Shown here: piece by piece, positions 11,812 through 24,559 of the stretch | Position numbering within the stretch: position 1 is the stretch's first letter | Layout: each line of letters starts with the position of its first letter | Source: Felis catus | Taxonomy: Eukaryota | Assembly (NCBI RefSeq): GCF_018350175.1 | Contig: NC_058368.1 | Coordinates: 167,030,001-167,094,000, forward strand | Length of the DNA stretch: 64,000 nucleotides | Direction: 5' to 3' | Notes under the pieces: generated by a model | Database searches by the model: none | What the model was told of the DNA's origin: nothing | Seen by the model: the letters and a program-made list of their open reading frames with translations, nothing else | Made by a program: the position numbers and the translations under genes

Positions 11812-14540
11812 CCTCTGGCTTGAATCTTTCTCCATCTTCTGCATCTGGCATAACTCTTCGAGGTCCAAATCAAACACCTCCTTTCACTCTCCCCGGGTAA
11901 AATGGATTATTCCATTTTGTAAAGTCCCGACATCTGTCTTTTTTATCTTTTTAATTCCTACAACACAGTGAAGATTCAATAATTTACCTGCCTAGCTCAT
12001 TGCATGTGCTTAACTACTACTATTGAGAAGATAAAGAAGTAGGACTAAAGTTTCAGGGGTAAGATCTTATCTTAATTTCTATGAGGTTTCCTCACTAGGT
12101 TAATCATAGAATCAAAAAACCCACTGGAGCTATTTTAAAATAAAAAGCCCGCTTTCACATTGTAAATATTAGGTGGAGTTTTGAAGGTGTGATGGGTTAT
12201 ACAGTGTTATGTTGATTAGAGAGAGAGAAAAAAAAATCCCCAGAGCACTGAAATCTATAGTAACGCCTTCAAAATTTGCCAGTTGAGATCTGTTGGAGAA
12301 CTAGCCTGACAATAAAAAAATCTCATTCCTTAACAATAACAACTGTGGAGTATTGATAACCAATACTTTAAATCTTTCTGCAGATTTAACAAACAGTACC
12401 TACTGCTTTGGGACCTATATGCAGTGAAAAGCATGGGATTTTAGCAAGCGATAGGAACTCACATGAGTCACACACACAAATTGATGGAGTGGGTTTGAGG
12501 ATTGGTTTAGAAAGCACAGAGCTGACTGAGTTATTACCACTTGGTGCATTAGGGATAATAGCTGTACAGACCCTGGATAGTTGTAGATACCAGTTCAGCC
12601 AAATCTAATCTTGCCCAGGGAGAAATATTTATATTTAGTATACAAGGTTTTTCAAAGGCATAAAGAATCCACAATATACATTTGGAGGGAATTTGTTCCA
12701 CTGGATAAGAGTAAAAAATACTATCTCAATTGTTAAGTGGATTACCCATGGGCATTAGAACTTAGTAGCTAGTGAGGCTAGCTCAAATCCTGATCAAAAT
12801 CTCATCATTATAACTGTGTTCCCTGGGATAAATCAGAATAAAGAATCCAATACATTGTTCATGGCAATATCCCTGGGAAAGCTCTCACCAGGTAGATATG
12901 ATTCACTTGGGATAAAGGATATGTCTAATGTATTTAGCAGCAATTAATACTGGCTGTTGTCATCATCTTTGAAGTTGAAGTAGTAGTTGGCCTTTTGTCA
13001 ACCCTTAGTCTTCAAAATTAAGAATTTGTCATATTTCAGCTCTTCAACCATGACAAAATGCAATCCTCAAGGATATGTGTTTCTGCTACTGAACATTCTG
13101 AAAAAATCCATGGGCCAGCAGAGTAAATGATATATTTCAATGGTCTTTTCGTAATAAAACAACTAATCTTTGTTTTATGCACTGAGAACCTCTGCAGGAA
13201 ATAGAAACTAGCGGGAATGAGGTAAATTTATTTTCTTGCAGTAATACGAACTAAAAAATAAAGGAATCGATGACCATAGCTTGACATTATTTCTACTGTC
13301 TTTGGCATTAGATATACCATTTGTACTACGTGCTCATTTCCACTGAAGCCTAAGGTTGGAGAAATGTGCTTATACCTCTGGTCTGAGTGAAAAGATAATG
13401 CTAGAGACAGATTTATAAGATGAACTTTGCATGTTACCAGAACGCAAACAAACTCATAAAGTAAAGCCCTAACAGAAGCAAGAATTCACCCTAAAATACA
13501 CCAAATGACATGGCACCGTGGCTCTTATTTTGGTAACATCAAAGATAATATTTTAAAAGATTGGTAAAAATACAACAGGGAGTTTGTTGAAGGTATTGAG
13601 TTAATGCTGTCATGTGTACCGTACGGAAATTTCTTAGTAAATGAGAAATTCTTCAGATGGCTTGTCATGTCCTCACCAGCCAACCAGAGATTTAAACTGC
13701 TATTCGTGCTTGGCAAAGTTCAATAGGGCAGTGGCTGGGGTCAAATTTTCCAGGACCTTTGAAGCTAATTAGTATGAATTCAAAGGTTATTCTCTGGAAA
13801 TCTAAGGAAGTTGCTGACTTGTCTCTCTTTCTCCCTTTTGGTACTTTTTCCTATAAGGTACATTATTTCACAAGACTTTTTTTTTTTTTTCATTTCTACC
13901 ATTTAAATTCAAGTGTAAATCTACATTTCTAACACAACTCCAAATACAGATTCATTTTTTTCTAACCTAAAACCTAAATGAAACTGATTCATAAAAGAAT
14001 TAACAGGATGTTTTTGAGATGGTATATAAATATGAGCAACACTCTCTGCTTATAAGCCAGTATTATCTTCCCACAGGTAACAGTTGACTGCACAGAGGCC
14101 TAGTTATTGTTTAGCAGTATTACTACCAGACCACTTCATTAATTCATCAAAAGCACTGCTGTTGATGATTACCCAAGAGTCCTAGGATCAGGAATGTAAA
14201 TATCTTGTTTTACTCTAACTGGAGAGACATCAGTTTTTACACAAATGACACTCCAACCATATGACTCTTCTTGCAACAAGTTTATCTTTAGCAAAACTTG
14301 ATTCTACCATCTCCATGTCCTACCAAACCATTCCTCCTGTCTTCTCCATTCCCATGTGTGGTACCCACCCAGTTGCACCCGATAGAATCCCTAGATCATT
14401 CTTAACTCTTCCTTCAACCTCAATTTTCATGCTGTTGGTGCCAACACCAGACTGTGTCTTGAATCCATCTATCCATCTTCATGGTCACTACCTAACATTT
14501 ATACCTCATTATTCCAATAGTCTCTCCACTCCCTATTTCT

Positions 14541-15064
14541 TTTTTTTTTTAATTTTTAATTTAATTTATTTTTTTAAATTTACATCCAAGTTAGTTAGCA
14601 TATAATGCAACAATGATATCAGGAGTAGATTCCTTAGTGCCCCTTACCCAATTAGCCCATCCCCCTTCCCACATCCCCTCCAGTAACCCTCTGTTTGTTC
14701 TCCATATTTATGAGTCTCTTCTGTTTTGTATTTTTTTTTCCTGTTTTTTTATTATATTTCAATAAATATTATAAATTATTTTATATTATATTATATTATA
14801 TTATATTATATTATATTATTATATAAATTATATTATATTATATTATATTATATTATATTATATTATATTATATTTTTTCCTGTTTTTATATTATTTTTTT
14901 CCCTTCCCTCATGGTCATCTGTTTTGTCTCTTAAGGTCCTCATATGAGTGAAGTCATATGATATTTGTCTTTTTCTGACTGATTCATTTCACTTAGCATA
15001 ATACCCTCTAGTTCCATCCATGTAGTTGCAAATGGCAAGATTTCCTTCTTTTTGATTGCCAAGA
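14541..15064 (-). mobile_element. carnivore L1 3' end (ORF2 C-terminus plus 3'UTR)
   Basis: AIKKKEILPFATTWMELEGIMLSE in ORF track; TSD cactccctRtttct. Confidence 0.93.
14750..14872 (+). repeat. (ATTAT)n AT-rich expansion inside L1 3'UTR
   Basis: directly visible. Confidence 0.95.
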
Positions 15065-15215
15065 CACTCCCTGTTTCTGACCCTGCCCTGACCAATGTTT
15101 TCTTTACAGGCTGTTGTTTGTGATTCAAAATGCAAGTCTTCTCATCTTATTCAGCTTTTGAGAACTCTTCTGTCACTTCCCATTGGGCCTATAATCAAAT
15201 CAAAACTCCTTACAT

Positions 15216-15458
15216 CGGTGTGACTTAAAATGTCATGCCAGTTTGTGACATAAGTGCAAAAAGTAAGAGTAAGTATTTACAAACGTTTATACTCTTTTGA
15301 CAGTGAAGTGACCTCTATATACATGATCAGTGAACTTGTTTTGTCGCAAAGGTACAAACCAGTTCATGTTGCCAGAAATGGTGAGTTGTGTGTGGCTCAA
15401 TGCGCATATGAGTTTTAGACAGTAGGACCCTATGTTGGTCCATTATGAATTAGAAATA
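15216..15458 (+). mobile_element. hAT-Charlie DNA transposon (Charlie4a-like)
   Basis: agagtaagtatttacaaac...tgatcagtgaact...gtaggaccctatgttggtcc resembles the Charlie4a consensus. Confidence 0.7.
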
Positions 15459-15673
15459 TTTTTTTTATTTTTTTAATGTTTATTTATTTTTGAGAGAGAG
15501 CGAGAGACAGAGCATGGGTGGGGGAGGGGAAGAGAGAGAGGGAGACTCAGAATGTGAAGTAGGCTCCAGGCTCTGAGCTGTCAGCACAGAGCCTGACACA
15601 GGGCTCCAACTCACTAATTGCGAGATCATGACCTGAGCTGAAGACTGACACTTAACTGCCAGCCAGGTGCCCC
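15459..15673 (-). mobile_element. CAN-SINE
   Basis: full element; TSD agaaata. Confidence 0.95.
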
Positions 15674-15990
15674 AGAAATAGATTTTTTAATGAATAGTTA
15701 GAGAAATTCTACTGTACATGATCTGGCACCAGCCTTCTCTCTACCCTTTCTTGGTCCACGTGCCTTCTCATTTTCTGTATTACCAGATACTTTCTCTCTC
15801 TAGCTCTTTGCACTTGCTGTTCCTTATGCCTGTAATAATTTCCATCTCATGCCATCTCCTCCTTTATATTCTTACTTCTAGATGTTGGGTTTGTAGCTTC
15901 TTTTCAGAAAACATTCACATGCTTTTTCCTTCCCAAATATTCTTTTTCCAGTTTCTTCTCTTGTTTTGAAGAACTGTCTGGTTGGTGTTC

Positions 15991-15994
15991 TGTT

Positions 15995-16026
<32 letters not shown>

Positions 16027-16035
16027 CTTTGTTTT
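15991..16035 (+). repeat. (GTTTT)n-type T-rich repeat
   Basis: directly visible. Confidence 0.85.
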
Positions 16036-16519
16036 CATTAGCTTTGAAGTCCCCCCCCCACTTTTTGTTGTTGTTGTTTTTAATTTCCACTTGTCATTAG
16101 CAGCTGTCTTCTAAACATGCTCCTGCACATGAAGTGGCTTCCCATCTGCTTTCTGTCTTTGGGCTGACATGTGCCTATTTCATTCTTTCAGCATTCTGAG
16201 ATACAGTGAACAAAAGGCATGCTTCCTTTTAGCTTTTCCAAAGCTCAGCTCATTTCAAGTAGAAAATCAAATATCTCCAAACTCTGCTTCTGCTGGCGGG
16301 AACGGGGAAATGTTCAGTGTCAAGTGTTAAACAGTCCAGGGTTCATGGGGGGAAAAACAGACAAAGATTATGGTAGTATGAGGCAGAGGGGGGAGCTATA
16401 AAGGAAACTAAGAAGAAAAAAAGTGAGAGCTCTCCAGACACAGGTATATATTTCATTATTTAAGAATATGAAAAACTAAATATATTCTTTTACTTATTCA
16501 TTACTTTAAAACTTTTATT

Positions 16520-16753
16520 GGGGCGCCTGGGTGGCTCAGTCGGTTAAGCATCCGACTTCGGCTCAGGTCATGATCTCACGGTCCATGAGTTTGAGCCCCG
16601 TGTCAGGCTCTGTGCTGACAGCTCAGAGCCTGGAGCCTGTTTCAGATTCTGTGTCTCCCTCTCTCTCTGACCCTCTCCTGTTCATGCTGTCTCTCTCTGT
16701 CTCAAAAATAAATAAACGTTAAAAAAAATTTTTTTAATAAATAAATAAATAAA
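16520..16753 (+). mobile_element. CAN-SINE (SINEC_Fc-like)
   Basis: TSD taaaacttttat; (TAAA)n tail. Confidence 0.96.
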
Positions 16754-16799
16754 TAAAACTTTTATAATAAATTTATGGAATTCAACAAAAATAGATTAC

Positions 16800-16812
16800 T
16801 GACCTTTGACCT
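16800..16812 (-). promoter_or_regulatory. perfect DR1 nuclear-receptor element AGGTCAAAGGTCA (candidate)
   Basis: TGACCTTTGACCT on + strand; function untested. Confidence 0.35.
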
Positions 16813-17539
16813 TTGATGTTGTGTGTTCTGAAGCACCGATGTAATCAAGGCAGAAAATAAAATCAAGCCTTGGGTGAAATCCATGTGAAACGAATTTCTT
16901 GTTAATTACATGGCTTTGTCAAAAGATTTCTAATTAAATAAAATGGCTGGATACACATAGCATTAACTGGTCTAAAGTAGTGTTTTGTTCTCACTATTTT
17001 CAGTGAGAAATCCATCAATTCAAGACCATTATAAGCATCAATAATCTCAAATATATTTATACATAGGTGGAAATTATTTAAATATCTCATTTTTTTTTTT
17101 AATTTAGGTGCTAGAATTTTCACTGGCCATAAGAAAGAATAGGAAATGTTTAATATATCTGCAGTTTAATAACAGAAGAGAAAAATTTGCAGCAATTTAA
17201 ATTTTAGGAATATTACTACAGGAAAAAGGATAGCATGTGTCTATGAGCATCTTAGCTATTGATTGCTAGACTTACAGTATTAGAAAAAGCAAGGAGAAAT
17301 AATATATTTGGACAAAAATACAACAGCAATAACATTATTGTTATTCTATCAATAAAATGTCATAAGAAACAAACTTTACCTCTAGTCAGAAAAAATGGAG
17401 ATCCAAGAAAGCCCAAATCTTTGTCCCAGTTCTTTCTTCCCAGGATGAATTTCTGTCATGAGGGTGCTGTTTCTAAGGTCAGAGAATGAGTCATGGAAAA
17501 CTTAACCCATCTTACCCTAAATCATGAAAACTTCTAGAG

Positions 17540-18112
17540 AACTGTCCTATTCTCTTCTTCTCTGTTGTCACCCTTGTGTCCTCCCATCCACTTCCTGGAC
17601 CACAACAATTGTCTCTTCTCTGTCTCCCTGCCTCCAAACTATCCCCCTTCTAATCCATTATTCCCCTGGAATTACAATTACCTGCGCAAAATATAAATTT
17701 TATCTACTTAAAACCTTTAGTACTTCCCCATTGTCCTTATATCCTTTATTTGATCATAGGAAGGATATAATATATATAGGTTGGCCCCTGCCTCTCTTTC
17801 AACCTCCTTATATCCCATCCCTCCCTGTGTCTCTGTGTTCCTCTTTTTTGCAGGGGGCAGAGGACGGGGGTGGTTCCTCAAAGAGAAAAAAATGAAGGAG
17901 GTGAGGAGGACAAGGAGAATGAAAAGATGAAAGGAGTCACTAAGTAAGAGAAGATATGAGGGAGAAATAGGGAATATCTGTGTCCTGTTTGTTTTCCAAG
18001 TAGTAGTTTGCATAGTACTGGGCCTTATCCATTTTTCCCATCATTGAACACTTACAGCCTAGCACAATGCCTGACACACCCTGAATATGTATTCATAAAT
18101 GAACGAATGAAT
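17540..18112 (+). mobile_element. L2 fragments
   Basis: pyrimidine-rich L2 3' motifs; cctagcacaatgcctgacac...aatgaacgaatgaa tail. Confidence 0.6.
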
Positions 18113-19229
18113 TTTTTCCAAATTTTGAAAACCTTGCGAAATGGAGACTCTGTCTTATTCTTTTGTAATTAATCTTCAGTCCTACCATCTATTGAACAAG
18201 CAATATGACATCATTTGTAGAAATCTTAAAAGGTACAAAAGCAGGGGCATAAAGTGGTGAAAAACAATCCAATGTTACCTCGCAAAGAATAATTGTGACT
18301 AACATTTATTACATACTCTTGGGAAACTGTAATATTTAAATTTTTCTGCCTTTTCCCCCCTATTTTTAAAAATCACATTATATGCAGTTATGCATTCTTC
18401 CCATTTCTTCTAACAGTGTAATAATTTTTTTCAATATGGTAAATGTTTATAAAAAACAAAAAATCATTTTCATTAACTAATGATATTTCCAAATCATTAA
18501 TTTAACTGCAAATAACTTGGAGAAATTTGGAATTTAAAGAAATAATCCTTCATCCTAGTGCCTCCTATACTTTCTCCTCACCCATACCCACCCCCACTGC
18601 CAAGACCATTGTGTCCAACAATGGAGGATGGAAAGGCAATTGCCTAATTTCTTGATACACCCATTCTTCTGTTAGGAAAAGCCATGGTTGATTTGAACAC
18701 CCCACTCTTGTACAATCAACCAGATCTCTACAATATGCCCAAAACTCTTCTACCTGGTATGTAAGAGATCCTGCCCTAATTGCATTCTCTTAACAAGAAG
18801 AGCTCTTCTGCCAGAAAAAGGAACAGTAAGGGAAGCCGGGTGTTCTTCCCTCTGTCTCTATCTTCCTCCCTCAAAACAAGAAGTTACAATTCCAGGAAAG
18901 GCTGCCTCTGCCCAGGCCTCATCATGCCAGATCTTTAGGGAGAGAGACATACTGAATAAAAAGTAATTACATATTAGGACTCAGATTTTAAGTGCAGAAG
19001 CTTGCTAGTTACATTTATTTTATATTTTAAAAAATGAAAATTTTAAGAATATTTGCTCAATGTTAAGGAAAACTGCTTATAATAATATCAAGTTAAAGGC
19101 AAGAAATAACAATTCTATTTTCAGTAGCTGATTAAACACATAGTATATGGACATAGCTTGCCTGAGCTTAAATCCTGACTTACTAGCCTTGTGACTTTAG
19201 GCAAATTACTTAACCTCTCTGGGCTTCAG

Positions 19230-19293
19230 TTTTCTTTTCTTTTCTTTTCTTTTCTTTTCTTTTCTTTTCTTTTCTTCTTTTCTTTTCTTTCTT
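19230..19293 (+). repeat. (TTTTC)n, tail of the adjacent L1
   Basis: directly visible. Confidence 0.95.
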
Positions 19294-19970
19294 TATTGCT
19301 TTCTTGAGGTGAAATTCATGTAACATAAAATTAGCTATTTTAAAGTGTACAATTCAGTGGTATTTAGTGCTTTCGCAATGTTCTGCAACCATCACTTCTT
19401 TCTAGTTTGAAAACGTTTTCATTACCCTAGAGAAACACTGCATATCCATCAAGTCATCATTCCCCTTCCACCCCTACCCTCAACTCGTAACAATCATGTA
19501 CCTGCTTTCTTTCTCGTTTTGCTTATTCTGGACACTTTATATAAAAAGAGTCTTATAATATGTGCCCTTTTTTGCCTGAATTGTTTTACTTAGCATTGTA
19601 TTTCAAAGTTCATCCATGTTGGGGCACCTGGGTGGTTTAGTCGGTTAAGCTCCTGACTCTATATTTCAGCTCAGGTCATGATCTCACAGTTTGTGAGATC
19701 AAGCTCCACATTGGGCTCTTTTGCTGACAGTGTGGAGCCTACTTGGTATTCTGTCTCTCCTTCTCTCTCTCTGCCTTTACCCCACTCTCTGACTCTCTCT
19801 CAAAATAAGTAAACAAAAAAAATAAAAAGGTCCATCCATCCATCTATGTTGTAACATACATCAGTACTTCATTCCTTTTTATGGCTGCATCAAATTCCAT
19901 GGTATGGTTATATTAAAATTTATTTATCCATTTATCTGTTGGTGAACATTAAGGTTGATTTGTTTAATGG
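19294..19970 (-). mobile_element. L1 3'UTR (L1MB-like), inserted in a MIR and interrupted by a SINE
   Basis: ttttaaagtgtacaattcagtgg, cagtacttcattcctttttatggctg motifs. Confidence 0.85.
19621..19825 (+). mobile_element. CAN-SINE
   Basis: full element within L1. Confidence 0.94.
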
Positions 19971-21863
19971 ACATTGTAGTATTCCTCATCTTTCAGGGGT
20001 TTTATGAGGATTAATATTTGTACAGTATTTAGAATATTGCCCACTTTGTTATTTCTTAATTACATAAATAAATATAATTCTATATTTGTAACTGTACATA
20101 TGTTCTTCATATTCATACATTTATGGAAACTACTGGTCATAAATGCACCAAGTAATTAATAGTTATTTTCCTAAATGTTGATATTGTGGATGGTTTTTAT
20201 TTTTTCTGAAGTCTTATGTTTTTTCAGATCCTATATAAATGTATCCCTTTTAGAATTTGTCTAATGCAAAGAAATAGTTTAACAGCTGTACATGCACACG
20301 GTTTTAGTATGTTCTTTTTAAACCACATTTATCAAATGGCATCTGTCATGTATAAGATTTGCTCTAGATATTTCCTGTAGTCTCTCCATTCCTGTGTGTT
20401 ATTACCATTGTCAAGCTTATGACTTGGGAGCCCTGTTGTCTAGGCTCAGGCCCCCTGATTTCCTCTGTCTTGTTTGTAGCACACAGAGGAATATTGGGGG
20501 AATACTAGTGGTGCTCTGCAGATCCAATCAGTAAGTGAAAACAGCCATCACTGAGTCACACTGCAGTGGCAGTCATGAGCCATTTTTCCAAAAGGGACCA
20601 ATACACGGACTCTAAACAGACTTGCACTGGCATCATTTCTGCTCGTGTTGAAACTGCAAGAGTGAGAAAGGAGATCAGCAGTTGTCCTGGCCTTGCCTAT
20701 ATATGTGTGACCCATGACAGCATGAGGCATCCTTGTACTAAGTTCTAGGTACAGACATCAAATGCAAAAAGTCTGGTGTCTTTAGACAATAACCTAGTCA
20801 TTGCACCAAATCTTAGTCTTCTTTAGAATGAAACTTAGATAACAGATATACTTCTTTTCCATTTTCTGACTGAGCTCAGATGTATAAGTTGAGGAAAAAA
20901 TATGATACCTTTTCATAACCCATTTTTAAAAATAAAGTTTACAGAAAAAATTTCCTACCCCTTAAACATGGGTGTAGAAAATAAATAGATGTCACTTAAT
21001 TATAAAGCCTGCGTTTCTGTGGTGCAAATACTCTATTTTCCATTCTAATGAAAAGAACAGGCCAAAGTGATATTCTGTGATGCATGTAAAAATAGTTCCA
21101 TTCTATCATTTTTTTCTGTTTTTCTACAGCATATTTTGAAACATAAGATATCAAAGATAATTTCTAGCAATATTACTTGGGACTACTTTATAAAAATTTC
21201 TGCATGCTGTCCTTTTCAATTTTTTTCCTATCAATAAATATGTTCCTACTGGACCTTAAAAACTATGGCTGTTTTATTCCTTACTATGACTACTATAAAT
21301 AAAGGGTATGGAAAAAAACACAACGTAACTAAAACATTTTCATAAAACTAAAGAGTTATGTCAGTAATAATATCCCTAAAGGAAAACAGATTTCTTAAAA
21401 GAAAACAAGATCAAGTAAAGTGGAAGGCCACTTTCAGATTAGACAAAAATATTTTCTTATTCTATTTTAATTAAAATAAATAGAAACAAATTGAGGTTAG
21501 AGAAATCATACCTCATTCACTACACAGTTCTTTAGGCAAGTCTACTATATGACATCAGGCAAAATTAACCAGAAGGTCTTGTAAATCACATTCCTGAATT
21601 TCATGACATGACCTCATATTCCACCAGTACAATGCCGCATAAGATGGCAGGAAATTGCCCTGTCCCATGGTACCACTGTATACTATTATTAGGAACAATG
21701 TAACAATTCAAACACGTGTTACGTTGAAGAGGTTCAACCACTTTCCCATATCAAAATGCCCTCTGAAAAATAGTTTGCTATTTTGTCATATAACAGTAGA
21801 TGTATTGAAAAAAATGTCATTTCAATATGAATCTAACAAATATTTGTCAAACCCAACTACTTC

Positions 21864-22069
21864 TTTTTCTTTTTATTTTAGAGAAAGAGAGAGTATGTGA
21901 GTGGGAGAGAGGGGCAGAGGGAGAGGGAGAGCGAGAAAGAGAGAATCTTAAGCAGGCTTCACACTCAGCACAGAGCTTGAAGTGGGGCTCGATCTCATGC
22001 CTCTAGGATCATGACCTGAGCTGAAATCAAGAGTTGAATGCTCAACTGACTAGGCCACCCAGGCACCCC
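21864..22069 (-). mobile_element. older CAN-SINE
   Basis: head at 22069, (GA)n, T tail. Confidence 0.92.
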
Positions 22070-22784
22070 AAAATCCAAATATTTCTAACTCTAAGTGGGC
22101 AAAAATAAGTTTTAATTTTATCTGTATATTTGTAAAATGTAATTAACATGGTATATGCGCCAAAGATTTCTGAAAAATGTTCTGTTCTTTCACAGGAAGG
22201 GATGGATTCAGGTAAAGGTATTCACTAGTGTGTACACACTACAAGTCAACTCAGTGAACCCATGGAGCACACACGTTCTTTCCACTGGACCTGCTTATCA
22301 TTCTCCCCACTGAGGCCAGAATAGATTTTCAAAAGATGATTTAAGTCATGTTATTTCCTGGCTTAATATACTCAAATTAAAAGCAAATGCAACTTCTTTA
22401 TATTTTAGTGTGGAGAGGACCAATATATCTGACTCTTGCCTCTGATTCTCGGTTTATTTTGTACTACCTTCCTCTTCAATCACTGTGTAATGGCCACATT
22501 AGGTTTTCTGATCTGAAATATGATTAGATCTTGCACAGCTAAGGGCCAATCCCATAAGCCACCCAGTCACTGTCCTATAATCTTCTCTGATTTTCTTCCT
22601 AGACTTAACACCAACTGAAAATTCATTATCTGATGTCCAGTATCTCCCACCAGAGCAAGATTTTGAGAATGAGGATTTTGCCTGTATTAGCTAACTCTTG
22701 GCATATAGTAAGTTCTCAGATCATATTTGTCCTGTCATATATAATGACCAATTAATATTCATCAAATTTCTCAGAAAATGGTTT

Positions 22785-23690
22785 CAGAACTCCTATTACA
22801 TGGATATTACTACATTTCATTGAATCACTTAGTTCTCTAATTTTCCCCTCATGGTGCAGAATTTTTTTCTTTTTCTCAGCTTCATCTTTTTCCAAAATGT
22901 TGTCTTCTATGTTACTTATTCTCCCCTCTGCCTCTTCAATCCTTGCTGTCACTACCTCTAGTTTATTTTGCGCCTCATTTACAGAATTTTTAAATTCATC
23001 ATGACTATTTTTAGTTCCTTGATCTCTGCAGCTATAGATTCTCTGCTGTCTTCTATGCTTTTCTCAAGCTCAGTGATTAACCTTATGACTATTATTCTAA
23101 ATTCTTGTTCAGTTATATTGTTTATATCTGTTTAGATCAATTCTTTAGCTGTCTTTTCTTCCTGGAATTTCTTTTGAGGAGAATTCTTCTGGTTCATCAT
23201 TTTGACTAGTTTTCTGTCCCTTATGTGTTTTTTTTTTTCAACATTTTTTATTTTATTTTTGGGACAGAGAGAGACAGAGCATGGGACAGAGCATGAACGG
23301 GGGAGGGGCAGAGAGAGAGGGAGACACAGAATCAGAAACAGGCTCCAGGCTCCGAGCCATCAGCCCAGAGCCTGATGCGGGGCTCGAACTCACGGACCGC
23401 GAGATCGTGACCTGGCTGAAGTCGGATGCTTAACCGACTGCGCCACCCAGGCGCCCCAGTCCCTTATGTGTTTTAAAAGCTTGTTATGTGTCCTGTACCT
23501 GTGAGCACTGCTATAGTAAAGAGGGGTCATACACTGTCCAGGGCCTGGCCCTTCAGAAGGTGTTTTTTAGAGTGTGTTACTTGCTCTCTGTTGTTGTGAC
23601 TCTAGTTGCATAATCTTCCTACTCATAGTGATGTTTTGGACCCTCCATCAGGTATGCTTTGATTTGTTCTTTGAAGTAGCCCCACTGACC
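22785..23690 (-). mobile_element. L1 5'UTR/ORF1 fragment
   Basis: TARIEEAEGRISNIED...IRELSDSMKCSNIHVIGV is ORF1p coiled coil running into the RRM. Confidence 0.88.
23232..23457 (-). mobile_element. young SINEC_Fc inside L1 ORF1
   Basis: perfect 16-bp TSD gtcccttatgtgtttt. Confidence 0.97.
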
Positions 23691-24559
23691 CCTGAGCTCA
23701 CTGCTCTCCCACTGCCGCTGGAGGCACTGGGAAGCCTCTCAGGGATCCTGGCTCCTCAGCCTCTCAGTCAGGAGAGTCCACACTTCCAGCATCTCTTTTT
23801 TGCCCCACTGTCTCTGAAATCGGCCAGAGTTCACCAGCTTGGACTTAAAAATCAGATCATGTCAGCCTCAGATTGGGTCCAACATAGAAATCCAAAAATG
23901 CTTTTAATAAAGACTTACCCAAGTATATAATTAAAAAACCTTGGTAAAAAGAAGAGATCTGAATAAGAAACTCTTCTGATTAATTTTGAGAAATAGTCTC
24001 ATATTGTAAGTGCAAGACAAAATTCCTAACTATGAAAAAAATATTTGGGAATAAAGCCTAGAAGAAACAAGGCCAAGACCATGGTAGGAACATGACTGGA
24101 AAACAAAAAGCCCTCTACCGCTAATCATATTTTAGGATCCAATGGATGTATAGATGAGAAGTGGAAACATTTACATAAATCAATATCTTCTTAGATATGG
24201 AAATTATACAATATTCTAGTCTTAAAAAATAGTACTAATGACTAATACAATGATACTGCAGAAAGAATCCTAAGATCTTAGTGGCTTGATGCATACATAG
24301 GCCATATTATTTGAATGAGTAAAGGTCAGCCAACACTTGAGTTCTCAAAATCTAGTTTAGTCATGCTCCTATTTTAGTGTGCAAGTATCACATTTATATT
24401 TTTAAATAGTATTATTAGTCTTAAAATTAGCTTATTTTTAAATATATAAATGCATGCACATACACATGTAATATAAATTATGACCTCAAGCAAGTTAACC
24501 TGTCTGTATCTTCTCAGGAAAATGGAGGCAATGATACTGACTTCAAAAAGTTGTTGCAA

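Noticed and set aside
12408..12735. Plus-strand similarity to bornavirus matrix protein (LPREK)
   Set aside because: Short motifs with inconsistent spacing and frames; chance-level.
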